From sequence record PP438435.1: a DNA stretch of 64,000 nucleotides; one strand, 5' to 3'. The translations under genes were made by a program, and so were the position numbers. Below the pieces are notes generated by a model that saw only the letters and a list, made by a program, of their open reading frames with translations, ran no database searches and was not told where the DNA came from. Positions 28,906 through 38,026 of this stretch are shown here, piece after piece. Within the stretch, counting starts at the first letter, position 1. Each line of letters begins with the position of its first letter.

Positions 28906-29421
28906 GTGGGATGGAAGAACGTCAAGGAACGCTTCAGCCTAGAACATATCGTTTGCGTCGAGGGCGGGCGGTTGAAGGTGGGGTCCGGTTATGTGCGGGG
29001 GTTGATCGAGGTCGACATGAGCACCGGCGTAGTCGTGGTGAATCCCACGTTCCCGGATATGAAGCAAAAGTACCCCGATCTGTTCGCAGCGAGCCCGGAA
29101 GAAGTGCTTGCTCTGATTTCGGCGCCGGACAGCTTCGTGAGATCGCTGCCTGTCTATGCTTACCGCGGGGCCGAGATCATCGAAAAAGCATGCGAGGAGT
29201 ACGGCTGGCCGCACGCCACGCACGATGGCGAGGTGCAGTACGACAACAGCCATTCGCCGGACCGTGCAAAGGTCGTCGCGTGGGCCAAGCAGTCGGCCGC
29301 TGCAGAAGTGAAATGGCTCGCTGAGCGTCTGGAGCGGGCGCGCCAGGAGGTGCGGGAGATCGAGGAACGATTGAAGGAAGCGCAGGGCACAGCGGAACAG
29401 CTGGCTCGTGAGCACCCGTAG
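28906..29421 (+). CDS. Hypothetical phage-type protein (MGWKNVKE...CEEYGWP..THDG)
   Basis: GGAGG RBS before GTG 28906. Confidence 0.7.
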   Translation: MGWKNVKERFSLEHIVCVEGGRLKVGSGYVRGLIEVDMSTGVVVVNPTFPDMKQKYPDLFAASPEEVLALISAPDSFVRSLPVYAYRGAEIIEKACEEYGWPHATHDGEVQYDNSHSPDRAKVVAWAKQSAAAEVKWLAERLERARQEVREIEERLKEAQGTAEQLAREHP

Positions 29422-29463
29422 CGCATGCCCGCTTCCGCGGGCGCGGAATCAAGGAGAACGACG

Positions 29464-30558
29464 ATGGCAGATCAGACGGGCATCGAGTGGGCGGACAGCA
29501 CCTTCAATCCCTGGATGGGGTGCAGCAGGGTGTCCCCGGCGTGCGACCACTGTTATGCGGAGCGCGACACGGCCCGGTTCGGGCGCGTTGGCTGGGGCCA
29601 GGGCGTGCCGCGCGTCCGAACGGCGGAAGCGAACTGGCGGAAGCCGTTGCGTTGGAACGCGCGATCCTTCTGGCAATGCGCAGATTGCGGTTGGCGTGGA
29701 GACACGCCGCGCGTAGACCACGCAGACGAAGATGCCCCAGGGGGAACGGGCATTGCCTGTCCCGCATGCCTACAGCGCGACGTGCGCCCGGCCCGTCGCC
29801 GCGTCTTCTGTGCCAGCTTGGCAGACGTCTTCGACAACGAAGTCGATCCACAGTGGCGCGCGGACCTCGTGCACCTGATCTTCAAGACTCCGCACCTCGA
29901 TTGGCTACTCCTCACGAAGCGCATCGGAAACGCCAAGGGGATGCTTGAGCAGGCTGTTGCCAGTCTCAGCTTGGGAAATCATTCGTGGGAGCACCAATCG
30001 TCGCGAGGATTCCGGCACGTCTGGCTCGGCGCGACGATCTGCAACCAGGAAGAAGCCGACCGCGATGTCTCGAAGCTGTTGGCCACGCCCGCTGCGGTGC
30101 GTTTCCTGTCGATCGAGCCGATGCTGTCGGCCATCAACGTCTCGCCTTACTTTGGCGCTTGCGATTGCTACGTGCCCTGCCAGGAGGGCGTAGGCATGCA
30201 CGCGCCCTCCTGCCCAGCAACCAGGCCGCGCATCGAGTGGGTCATCGTTGGCGGCGAGAGTGGCCCCAACGCGCGGCCACTGCATCCTGAGTGGGTGCGT
30301 AGCCTGCGCGACCAGTGCGCCGGTGCCGGCGTGCCGTTCCTTTTCAAGCAGTGGGGTGAATGGGCGCCGCACGCATGTCTTACTGGAGGTGACGAAGGCG
30401 GCAGCCTGAAGCGCGGTCACGTCCGGTACATCGCTGGCGACGGCCGCGAACCAGATGGGCACTTTCGGCGCGGCGATGCCGCGTTGGCGCGTGTCGGCAA
30501 GAAAGTTGCCGGCCGCGCCTTGGACGGCCGCACGCATTCCGCGTGGCCGAGCCCGTAG
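29464..30558 (+). CDS. DUF5131 / phage Gp37-Gp68 family protein
   Basis: TGIEWADSTFNPWMGCSRVSPACDHCYAE, RRVFCASLADVF, LLLTKR, VRFLSIEP, WVIVGGESGPNARP, VPFLFKQWGEW. Confidence 0.92.
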   Translation: MADQTGIEWADSTFNPWMGCSRVSPACDHCYAERDTARFGRVGWGQGVPRVRTAEANWRKPLRWNARSFWQCADCGWRGDTPRVDHADEDAPGGTGIACPACLQRDVRPARRRVFCASLADVFDNEVDPQWRADLVHLIFKTPHLDWLLLTKRIGNAKGMLEQAVASLSLGNHSWEHQSSRGFRHVWLGATICNQEEADRDVSKLLATPAAVRFLSIEPMLSAINVSPYFGACDCYVPCQEGVGMHAPSCPATRPRIEWVIVGGESGPNARPLHPEWVRSLRDQCAGAGVPFLFKQWGEWAPHACLTGGDEGGSLKRGHVRYIAGDGREPDGHFRRGDAALARVGKKVAGRALDGRTHSAWPSP

Positions 30559-30626
30559 CTCCTGAGTAGACGGGTGGCGATGAAGTCACTGCGTTTTGTG
30601 CTGCGTTGATCAGAGAGGAGGAATAC

Positions 30627-31115
30627 ATGTCGCTTTCCACGCTTATCCGGTTGGATGTGACCCTGTCACCCTCGACCCCGGCGCTCTTGCTGGGTGCGAT
30701 TGCCCGGGGCTTGCACCAGGCATGGGCGGGCCCCGCTGACGAGGCCCTCGAGGAACTCTTTGGCTGGTCGCTCTTCGCCGGCGAGAGCGCGCTGGCAGCG
30801 GTCTGGCCGGAGGATCTGGCTGCCCATCTGGCGCGCCCGGATACGGGGCTTCGGGTGCAGTCGCCTTCAGGCGCATGGCGGCTTGTCACGCTGTCAGCGT
30901 GCCCGACACGAAGGCTTCAGATAGATGCCTTGCTCGCTGCGATTGGTCCGTGGGTCCTCGCGGAGGATGGAGCCGAAATCGGTGAGGTGAGCCCGGAGAC
31001 GGACATCGATGAGCGGCAGGACTCACGCCGTGCGTTGATTCGATGGACCGGCGGTGTGGCGACGGTTTCTCCGTTGGAGCGTCACGTCCGCGATCAGGAG
31101 GATTCCCTGCTGTGA
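30627..31115 (+). CDS. Hypothetical protein
   Basis: Strong GGAGGA RBS before ATG 30627. Confidence 0.6.
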   Translation: MSLSTLIRLDVTLSPSTPALLLGAIARGLHQAWAGPADEALEELFGWSLFAGESALAAVWPEDLAAHLARPDTGLRVQSPSGAWRLVTLSACPTRRLQIDALLAAIGPWVLAEDGAEIGEVSPETDIDERQDSRRALIRWTGGVATVSPLERHVRDQEDSLL

Positions 31116-31150
31116 CGTAGCGAGCGGCGCCCAGGCGCTGCTCGCTACCC

Positions 31151-32899
31151 TCACGCAGCGTCGCGGGACGTGCCGCGTGCTGCTCGCTCCAGGAAGCGCG
31201 TGGCGATCGCGCGCAGGGCCGCGTGATTGGTGTCGACGCGCTCGAAGGGCTGCACTTCGGCGTTCAGCAGACCCTCGAGCTGCGTGTGCTTCAGGCCCAG
31301 CACGTCGGCCATGTAGGGGTCCATGCTGTCCTCCGCGTCGCTCAGCAGGAAGTAGGCGAGCACTGATTCCGTCTGCCCGTCGCGATCTACGCGCCCGATG
31401 CACTGCTTGATGACCGCAGGCGACCAGTCCAACTCTCCGAAGACAGCAACGTGGCTGACGGACTGCAGGCCGTCGAGGCCTGCACCTGAGCGCAGCGAGA
31501 CGATGAGCAGCTTGCTCTCGCCGCTCACAAACGCATTGCGCGCTGCGTCCTTCTGTTTTGGGGACTCGGAGCCGGTGTACCAGACGGGATTGAGGTCTCC
31601 CAACTGCTCACGCCAGATCTCGTAGACCTGGCGGTGCCAACCGAACAGGACGACGGGCTCTCCGGACTCGACCAGCATGCGGACGTAGGCTGCGACATGC
31701 GGCGCTTTGGCGATACCGGTGGCTTGCCGCATCAGCATGTCGAACTCGCCGGCTGCCTGCATGCGCTCGCCGCGGAACCGCTCCTGGCTCGAGAGGATGA
31801 CCTCAGCCAGCCTGACCGCGTCGCCTTGGATGGTTCGCAGGGCGTGCGGATCCGCATCAATGTACTGAATGCTCTGCATGACGGGCGGGAGCTCGCGCCC
31901 GACATCCGCGCGGGTGCGTCTCAACATCAGGCCCTGGCGCCGCAGATACGCACCTAGCGCGGCGGGGTCTGTAATCGCGAGTCCGTTGCCGGCGCTGGTG
32001 GTGCACCACTCGCGCTTGAACTCGTCGAGCGTGCCCAGCGCGTCGGCACTCGCCAGTGGCGTCAGCACATAGAAGGCTTCTGTCCCGTAGTTGTGGATTG
32101 GGGTAGCACTGAGTCCCAATCGATACGTGGCGCGTGCGGCGACGTGCGAGAACGCGCTGTAGATCTGCGTGCCGGGATTGCGCAGTTGCTGACATTCCTC
32201 AGCGATCACCAACTTGATCTGCCCGGCGAGCTCCGCGGCCCAGCCGCGCAGCATGTGGTAGCTGATCAGGAGCACGTCGGGAGGCGGTGCTGAGGCGTCG
32301 TGCCCACGCCCCCGGCGCCTGGGTAGCGAGTCGTCGAGTCCTTGCAGCGGGTACGGGGTGCCTTTCGTCACCGCGTGTACGCGCAGATGCGGGGCGAAAC
32401 GCTTCAGCTCGTGCCGCCACTGGGGCAGCAGGTGCGGGGGCGCTACGACCAGTGCTGGGAGAGCGCCCTGCAGCATCAGGCATCCGATGGCTGATGCGGT
32501 CTTGCCCAAGCCGAGGTCATCTGCAAGCAGCAGCCCCGCGCTGAGGCTAAGCGCGGTTGGAACCTCTGCTTGGTACGTCCGGAGCGGGATCGCTAGCGGG
32601 AGGTCGGCAAGGGGCGCGTGGTGGCCAGCGAGCAGGGCGGCGATGCGCGCTTCGCGGTCGATGTGGCGTGCTGCCTGCGCTTGCATATGGGCCCGCACCG
32701 CATCGGTAAGCGGGATCGGGAAGCGCTCAAGGAACCACAGGAGCTCGCGCGCATGCTCTGGCGTGTCGGAGAGCCAGAGCGTCCCGCTCACGTGTTGATT
32801 CATGCGGGGAAAGACGCGCTTGGCCCGCATGCGGAGGTCCGGCGGGAGTGTCAGGCCGTAACCCCGATCTGGGGTCAGTTCGATCGCAGGCGTCGTCAT
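31151..32899 (-). CDS. SNF2-family (SF2) helicase/ATPase
   Basis: LLADDLGLGKT, IAEECQQLRN (variant Walker B), LSATPIHN, GAGLDGLQ, QCIGRVDRDGQ; start could be 32977. Confidence 0.88.
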   Translation of the reverse strand: MTTPAIELTPDRGYGLTLPPDLRMRAKRVFPRMNQHVSGTLWLSDTPEHARELLWFLERFPIPLTDAVRAHMQAQAARHIDREARIAALLAGHHAPLADLPLAIPLRTYQAEVPTALSLSAGLLLADDLGLGKTASAIGCLMLQGALPALVVAPPHLLPQWRHELKRFAPHLRVHAVTKGTPYPLQGLDDSLPRRRGRGHDASAPPPDVLLISYHMLRGWAAELAGQIKLVIAEECQQLRNPGTQIYSAFSHVAARATYRLGLSATPIHNYGTEAFYVLTPLASADALGTLDEFKREWCTTSAGNGLAITDPAALGAYLRRQGLMLRRTRADVGRELPPVMQSIQYIDADPHALRTIQGDAVRLAEVILSSQERFRGERMQAAGEFDMLMRQATGIAKAPHVAAYVRMLVESGEPVVLFGWHRQVYEIWREQLGDLNPVWYTGSESPKQKDAARNAFVSGESKLLIVSLRSGAGLDGLQSVSHVAVFGELDWSPAVIKQCIGRVDRDGQTESVLAYFLLSDAEDSMDPYMADVLGLKHTQLEGLLNAEVQPFERVDTNHAALRAIATRFLERAARGTSRDAA

Positions 32900-32907
32900 A
32901 AGAGACC

Positions 32908-33252
32908 TCAGAACAGCGCTGGGAGTCGGACGACGCGAATGGCCGCCGTAGGGGTTGCGTCTGTGCGCCAGCGGCACGTCGTGGCGACGACCACGCTGTC
33001 GATGCCGGGCACGCGAAGGTAGCGCTGGGCCTGGGTGAGCGCTGCGCCCAGGGCGCCCTTCACCTTGAGCTCGATCGCCACATTCCCCGCCTTCAGGTCA
33101 AGACGCCCCGCCGGCGTGACGACTTGGCGCTCCACGGCGTAGCCGGCGATCGCGAGGCAGTGAGCGACCGCGTCCTCCAAGCGGCTTTCATCACTTCGCA
33201 GGAAGCGATGGCGGCTGAGGACGTTCATGATGGCTTCTGGCGACGTGTCCAT
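32908..33252 (-). CDS. Small PD-(D/E)xK nuclease-fold protein
   Basis: E...RQV...GRLDLKAGNVAIELKVKG...TQAQRY (D...ExK plus QxxxY). Confidence 0.75.
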   Translation of the reverse strand: MDTSPEAIMNVLSRHRFLRSDESRLEDAVAHCLAIAGYAVERQVVTPAGRLDLKAGNVAIELKVKGALGAALTQAQRYLRVPGIDSVVVATTCRWRTDATPTAAIRVVRLPALF

Positions 33253-33280
33253 GCGGGCTCCTTTCGATTCGCGTAGCAAG

Positions 33281-33309
33281 AACATAATGCGCGTACGCTA
33301 GAAACGCAA
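33281..33309 (-). promoter_or_regulatory. Sigma70-type promoter of the nuclease-SNF2 unit
   Basis: Minus strand TTGCGT-17 bp-TATGTT. Confidence 0.6.
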
Positions 33310-33315
33310 AAACCC

Positions 33316-33360
33316 TTGATGCAGGCGGCCAAATACAAGTAAAGTCTAAGCTCCTTAGAC
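33316..33360 (+). promoter_or_regulatory. Promoter of the invasin-like gene with palindrome GTCTAAG-CTC-CTTAGAC
   Basis: TTGATG-18 bp-TAAAGT; inverted repeat 33344-33360 overlaps the -10 end and likely start site. Confidence 0.55.
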
Positions 33361-33372
33361 CTCGGAGCTGGT

Positions 33373-36300
33373 ATGCGTACTTTCCTCTCTCGTGTTCGCG
33401 AAGTGGCGGTGCTTACCGCAGTCGCGATCGGCGTCAGTGCTTGTGGTGGTGGCACGACACAGACCGCGCAGGAAAACGCGGTGACGCAGCGTTCTCTGTC
33501 AGTCAGCGTCGAGCTCGTCGATAGCGCGAACGCTTCGCGGAACCGGTTCAGCGAGGGTGATCAGTTCGACGCGAGGGTCACCGTGACCGAGCGCGTGCAG
33601 CAGGTTTCCTCTGGTCGCACGCTCTCCGACACCTCCGGCCCCGCGGCAAACGTCACGGTGGCGCTGCAGGCGTCGGGCGCGACGGTGCAGCCTGTATCAG
33701 GCACTGCGCTCTCGGACAGTCGTGGGCAGGCCACGTTTCGTCTGACAGCTGGGCAGCTTGCCGGCGCGTTCGGCATCACCGTGCGCGCCGAGCTTGCTGG
33801 CGTGTCGCCGGTGGAGCGGTCGGTGCCGTTCGCTGTCGATCGCACGATCCAGCCGCGGCTGTCCCTGCAGTTGCTCGACGCGCAGGGTAATCCGGTGTCT
33901 AGCGCTCGGCCGGGCGATGAAATCCGCGTGCGGGTCTCGGCGCAGAAGGTGCGCGAGAACGCGATCGGGGTCTCGCAACAGTTCGAGCCAGCGGGCAACG
34001 TCCGCGTCGATCTATCCGCCGAATCCGGTCGCTTCGATCCCTCGGGATCTCAGATCGTGACGGACGCGGCCGGCGAGGGCGCCGCGCTGTATGTGCCCGG
34101 CCTGTTCAACGGTGCCGTGCGGGTCACCGCGGCTGCAACGATCGAGGGCAAGCTGGCCACGTCGATTGCAACGGTGGATGTGCGAGTGCCGCAGGTGCGT
34201 GTCGGCTACGGTGCGCCGTTCGTCGCTGGACTGCGGATCGATCCGCCGGAGATCGAGGCCGGGACCGATGCACGCATCAGTGCCCAGCTGCTGCGCGAGG
34301 ACGGGGTGTTGTTCGAGGAGCCGGTGAGCGTGCGCTTCGAGAGCGCCTGCGCGAGCCAGGGCGCGGCGAATCTGCTTTCGCCTGTGCTATCGGCAGGAGG
34401 GAGTATTGCGACCGTGTACAGCGCTCGGGGCTGCGTGGGGCAGGACCGCATCCGAGCCATCATCGAAATCCCGGGATTGTCGCAGCCGGCGGTTGGCGAG
34501 GGGCTGCTGCGCATCCGGGCGCCCCGCGCTGAGGGCATTGCGTTCGTGTCAGCGGAGCCTGTAGACATCGCTCTCCGTGGACGCGCCAGCCCTGAGCGTC
34601 CGGATGCGTCTCGCGTGACGTTTGAGGTGCGCAACGCCGCGGGGCTGCCGGTGCCGGCCGCACCGGTCAGCTTTGAGCTGACCGGTCAGATCGGCGACAC
34701 GACGCTTCTGGCGCCGTCTGGCGTGACCGGCCCGGACGGGCGGGTCACTGCGGTTGTGCGAGCCGGCGACGCTGCGGCTGTCGTCGCGGTACAGGCGCGC
34801 GTGACGGGGACCAATTTCGTGACCACCTCGCGGCAGGTCACCGTGTCGACTGGCGGTGCGGATCAGGACAGCTTCTCGCTGTCGCTCAGCACGCTCAACG
34901 TCGAAGGTTTCGACATCGATGGCCAACGGGCCACCATCAGCGTGCGCGCAGCCGACCGCTTCAATAACCCAGTCGCCGACGGCACTGCTGTGCTTTTCAC
35001 GACTGAAGGCGGCGCTATTCCTGCGCGCTGCGAGACCTCCGGTGGCCTCTGCACGGTCGACCTGGTGACACAGCAGCCCAGGCCCAGCAACGGACGCGTG
35101 ACGATCCTGGCGCGGACGGAGGGTAGCGAGAGCTTTGTCGATCTGAATGGCAACGGCTTGTTCGACGTCGGTGAGCCTTTCGACGATCTTCCGGAGGCTT
35201 GGCTCGACGCTAACGAGAACGGTCTATGGGACGTGGGCGAGTTTTTTGCTGACGCGAACAACAACGGTCGATACGACGGCGCGAATGGACGTTTCGATGG
35301 CGGCCCTTGCGCGGTGCCTGCAGCGTGCGGCCTCGCTGCCGATGTTCGTGGCCAAGCTGTGCTTGTGTTCGCGACCTCGCTTGCTTCGATCCAGATCAGT
35401 CCGGATCCGATCGTGGTCGACGACGTCACGCCGCGTGAGGTTCAGATCCTGATCAGCGATCGCAACGGCAATCTGCCGCCGGCGGGCTCGCGCGTTGAGG
35501 TGACGACCTCGAACGGAACTCTGCTGACCGAAGTAGAGGGTGAGCTGGGCAACAGCAATGCGCGCGGCCCTTACGTCATCCGCGTTGCGATCATCGGTGA
35601 CGGCGAAGCGTCGACGGGCATCCTGAGCGTGCGTGTGACGTCGCCATCGGGCGCCGTGACGACTGCGACGGCCCGGGTCATCGACAGTAGCGTCTGCGAT
35701 CCCAGCTCCGGCTTTTCGCCCCCGCCCCCGCAGTGCCAGGCAAATCAGCCGCAGGTCGGCTCGCTTTCGGTGACGCCTGAGACCATCTCGGTGGCTGCGG
35801 GCTCGTCGATCGAGCAGAACGTCACCGTGCGCGTGCTGAGCTCGGCCAACCCGCCGGCGGGCGTCGCAGGCGTGACGCCTAGCGTGAGCTGCACCACCTC
35901 GAACGGTGTGAGCGGCGAAGTGGTTGCAGGTATCCAGTCCACAGCCGCGAGCGGTGAGACCACGGTTCGCATCAGGGCGACGGCTGGGCCGTCGGCGGCA
36001 GGCGACGCCAGCTGCTCGGTGTCGGCAGGCGGTCGAAGCGCAACCGTTCGCTTGGCGGGGCCGGCTTCCGGATCGAATCAGCCAGGCGCCATCAGCGTCA
36101 CGCCGACGACGGTGAACCTGCAGGCGAACCAATCGAATCGCGAGGTGCGCCTGCTGGCCACGGTGCGCAATAGCGCAACGCCGGCCGCACCGCTGGCGGG
36201 TGTGACGCCCAGCGTTCGCTGCAGCTCTGCGAATGCAGTGGGCATCGTGATCAATCCCGGCATCGTGCCGCCGACGAACGCGTCCGGGCAGACGGAGGTT

Positions 36301-36396
36301 CCCGTGTTCTACAACACGGATGCAGCGCCGTCAGGCTCGGTTGTCTGCGAGGTCAGCGCCGGCTCCGCGGTGACAACGGTCAGCTTCGCGCCCTGA
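33373..36396 (+). CDS. Invasin/intimin-like Ig (Big_1-type) repeat lipoprotein
   Basis: Lipobox VSAC-GGG; Ig repeats with VTGPDGRVT; DxNxNGxxD calcium-loop repeats at about 35134-35280; two C-terminal Cys-pair repeats. Confidence 0.82.
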   Translation: MRTFLSRVREVAVLTAVAIGVSACGGGTTQTAQENAVTQRSLSVSVELVDSANASRNRFSEGDQFDARVTVTERVQQVSSGRTLSDTSGPAANVTVALQASGATVQPVSGTALSDSRGQATFRLTAGQLAGAFGITVRAELAGVSPVERSVPFAVDRTIQPRLSLQLLDAQGNPVSSARPGDEIRVRVSAQKVRENAIGVSQQFEPAGNVRVDLSAESGRFDPSGSQIVTDAAGEGAALYVPGLFNGAVRVTAAATIEGKLATSIATVDVRVPQVRVGYGAPFVAGLRIDPPEIEAGTDARISAQLLREDGVLFEEPVSVRFESACASQGAANLLSPVLSAGGSIATVYSARGCVGQDRIRAIIEIPGLSQPAVGEGLLRIRAPRAEGIAFVSAEPVDIALRGRASPERPDASRVTFEVRNAAGLPVPAAPVSFELTGQIGDTTLLAPSGVTGPDGRVTAVVRAGDAAAVVAVQARVTGTNFVTTSRQVTVSTGGADQDSFSLSLSTLNVEGFDIDGQRATISVRAADRFNNPVADGTAVLFTTEGGAIPARCETSGGLCTVDLVTQQPRPSNGRVTILARTEGSESFVDLNGNGLFDVGEPFDDLPEAWLDANENGLWDVGEFFADANNNGRYDGANGRFDGGPCAVPAACGLAADVRGQAVLVFATSLASIQISPDPIVVDDVTPREVQILISDRNGNLPPAGSRVEVTTSNGTLLTEVEGELGNSNARGPYVIRVAIIGDGEASTGILSVRVTSPSGAVTTATARVIDSSVCDPSSGFSPPPPQCQANQPQVGSLSVTPETISVAAGSSIEQNVTVRVLSSANPPAGVAGVTPSVSCTTSNGVSGEVVAGIQSTAASGETTVRIRATAGPSAAGDASCSVSAGGRSATVRLAGPASGSNQPGAISVTPTTVNLQANQSNREVRLLATVRNSATPAAPLAGVTPSVRCSSANAVGIVINPGIVPPTNASGQTEVPVFYNTDAAPSGSVVCEVSAGSAVTTVSFAP

Positions 36397-36403
36397 AGCG
36401 CGA

Positions 36404-36433
36404 ATCCCTGGCCGGCAATCGCCGGCCAGGGAT
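36404..36433. repeat. 13-bp perfect stem-loop abutting the ssb RBS
   Basis: ATCCCTGGCCGGC-AATC-GCCGGCCAGGGAT followed directly by GGAGG. Confidence 0.85.
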
Positions 36434-36442
36434 GGAGGCCCC

Positions 36443-36826
36443 ATGAACAAACAGTTCCTTGTTGGCACGGTGACCTCGGCCGTTGAAAGTCGCGTGACGC
36501 CTCGGGGTGTAGCGGTGGCCGAGGCGCGCCTGGTGACAGAGGAAATCGAGAATCGCTCCGCCGCGCAGCACGTGCATCGGCAGATGCACTTCCTGCGCGG
36601 TTACGGCGCACTCGCAGCGCGCATGTTGAGCGAGCTGTCTGAGGGATCGGTCGCATGGGTCGAAGCCAGCTTCGTGAGTGAGAAGGGGCCGGACCATCGA
36701 TGGGTGTGGCACAGCAAGGTTGTCGACTTCAAGCGACTGGGGCATCGCGACCCGGAGCCAGAAAAGGCGCCGCGCAAGCCACCCCCGATGCCTGCCTGCT
36801 TGATGGATGACGACGGGACGCCGTAG
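36443..36826 (+). CDS. ssb: Divergent single-stranded DNA-binding (SSB/OB-fold) protein
   Basis: MNKQFLVGTV....ESRVTPRGVAVAEARLVTEE...GYGALA.....LSEGSVAWVE; acidic tail MDDDGTP. Confidence 0.7.
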   Translation: MNKQFLVGTVTSAVESRVTPRGVAVAEARLVTEEIENRSAAQHVHRQMHFLRGYGALAARMLSELSEGSVAWVEASFVSEKGPDHRWVWHSKVVDFKRLGHRDPEPEKAPRKPPPMPACLMDDDGTP

Positions 36827-36848
36827 GCGCAAGGACAGGAGTCAAGCC

Positions 36849-37172
36849 ATGGAGAAGATGAACCGGAGCCAGGTGGTGGCTGCGGTAAGCGAGCGTTTGC
36901 GCATGAGTCAGGCGACTGTGCGAGCGGTCATTGATGCGTTCCTCGAGGAAGTCGAGCGGGCGCTCCGCCGGCGCAGGGAGGTTCGGCTGAGCGGGTTCGG
37001 CGCCTTCGTGATGCGGCGTCGAGGCGCACGTCCAGGGCGCAACCTGCGGAGCGGGGAGGTCATCGTGCAGCCGGAGCAAGAAGTTCCGGTGTTTCGATCG
37101 TCGGAGAAGATGCGGCAGCGTGTCGCAAAGGCCATCAGCATGGAGGGTGAAAATGGCAACGGAGCAGAATGA
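36849..37172 (+). CDS. HU/IHF-family nucleoid protein
   Basis: MNRSQVVAAVS...VRLSGFGAF...ARPGRNLRSGE...VPVFRSS. Confidence 0.92.
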   Translation: MEKMNRSQVVAAVSERLRMSQATVRAVIDAFLEEVERALRRRREVRLSGFGAFVMRRRGARPGRNLRSGEVIVQPEQEVPVFRSSEKMRQRVAKAISMEGENGNGAE

Positions 37173-37491
37173 GTTGGACGCGGGTGCTGGCGCGCTTGGG
37201 CTGGTGCGTTCGCATCGTGTCGGCCTCTCCCTCATCGCGGGGGTGCTGGCCATGATGACTGTGATGGGACTGCTGGCGGTCGCAGGCGTGCCCGTCGGTA
37301 TTGCGTCGGGTCGAAGTGTCGTCGCGCTGATGTCCTTGGTCGCATGGGGAACCGCGGCCTGCGGCGGGGTCTTCTGGGCGCTGGGATGGGGCCCGGGCCG
37401 TGCTCTGCGAGATCAGAAGGTGGAAATCCTGAGTCTGGCGGTGTTGTTGGCCTTCGCAGCCTTGGCGACGTGGCTCGCCTCTCTCGATTGA
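37153..37491 (+). CDS. Three-TM membrane protein
   Basis: GGAGG RBS; three hydrophobic segments. Confidence 0.6.
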   Translation: MATEQNELDAGAGALGLVRSHRVGLSLIAGVLAMMTVMGLLAVAGVPVGIASGRSVVALMSLVAWGTAACGGVFWALGWGPGRALRDQKVEILSLAVLLAFAALATWLASLD

Positions 37492-37502
37492 AGGCGTGCA
37501 AG

Positions 37503-37997
37503 ATGCAGGCCGACGTCACACTACTGACGAATGAGCGCGGCGAGTGGTTGGACGAAGCGGGTGCTCTCATGGATGCTGTCACCGAGCAGGAAATGGCGAG
37601 CGTGCCCTTTGGGTGCGGCCCCGGGTTTGTGCAGTGGCGTCTTGTGTGTGTGGAGGACGCCATAGCTGTCCTGGTGACGCTCGACGTGCCGTTTGATCAC
37701 CCTCACTGGGGCGACGGCGCTGAGCCACTGCCCCCGTTCACTGATTCGCAAACGTACGCCGCTGGAGTGGCGTCATACGCTGCGTGCGCGGTGGAGGTCT
37801 GGGCTGAGGCGCATGGCGTGCCCTGGTGGCGCGCTGTAGAGCCGTCAGAAGACGTTATGGAAGGCCCCCTAGGGGCGCTGCGCGTCGGCGTCATGGTCCC
37901 GATCGCGTCGATTGAGGACCAGGCGCAGGCGCTGTCGTTCGCGCGGAGAGTGTTCGGCGGAGCAGTCGGCTTGAACGGTCTGCCAGCCGCAGGCTGA
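37503..37997 (+). CDS. Hypothetical protein
   Basis: Protein-like frame from MQADVTLLTNERGEW. Confidence 0.55.
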   Translation: MQADVTLLTNERGEWLDEAGALMDAVTEQEMASVPFGCGPGFVQWRLVCVEDAIAVLVTLDVPFDHPHWGDGAEPLPPFTDSQTYAAGVASYAACAVEVWAEAHGVPWWRAVEPSEDVMEGPLGALRVGVMVPIASIEDQAQALSFARRVFGGAVGLNGLPAAG

Positions 37998-38026
37998 GCC
38001 GTCGCGCGTCGCCCGGAGGCATAACG

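Noticed and set aside
35134-35280. Short repeats in the invasin-like gene as a DNA repeat array or DGR variable region
   Set aside because: They are protein-level DxNxNGxxD calcium loops with divergent DNA; no reverse transcriptase or template repeat present.
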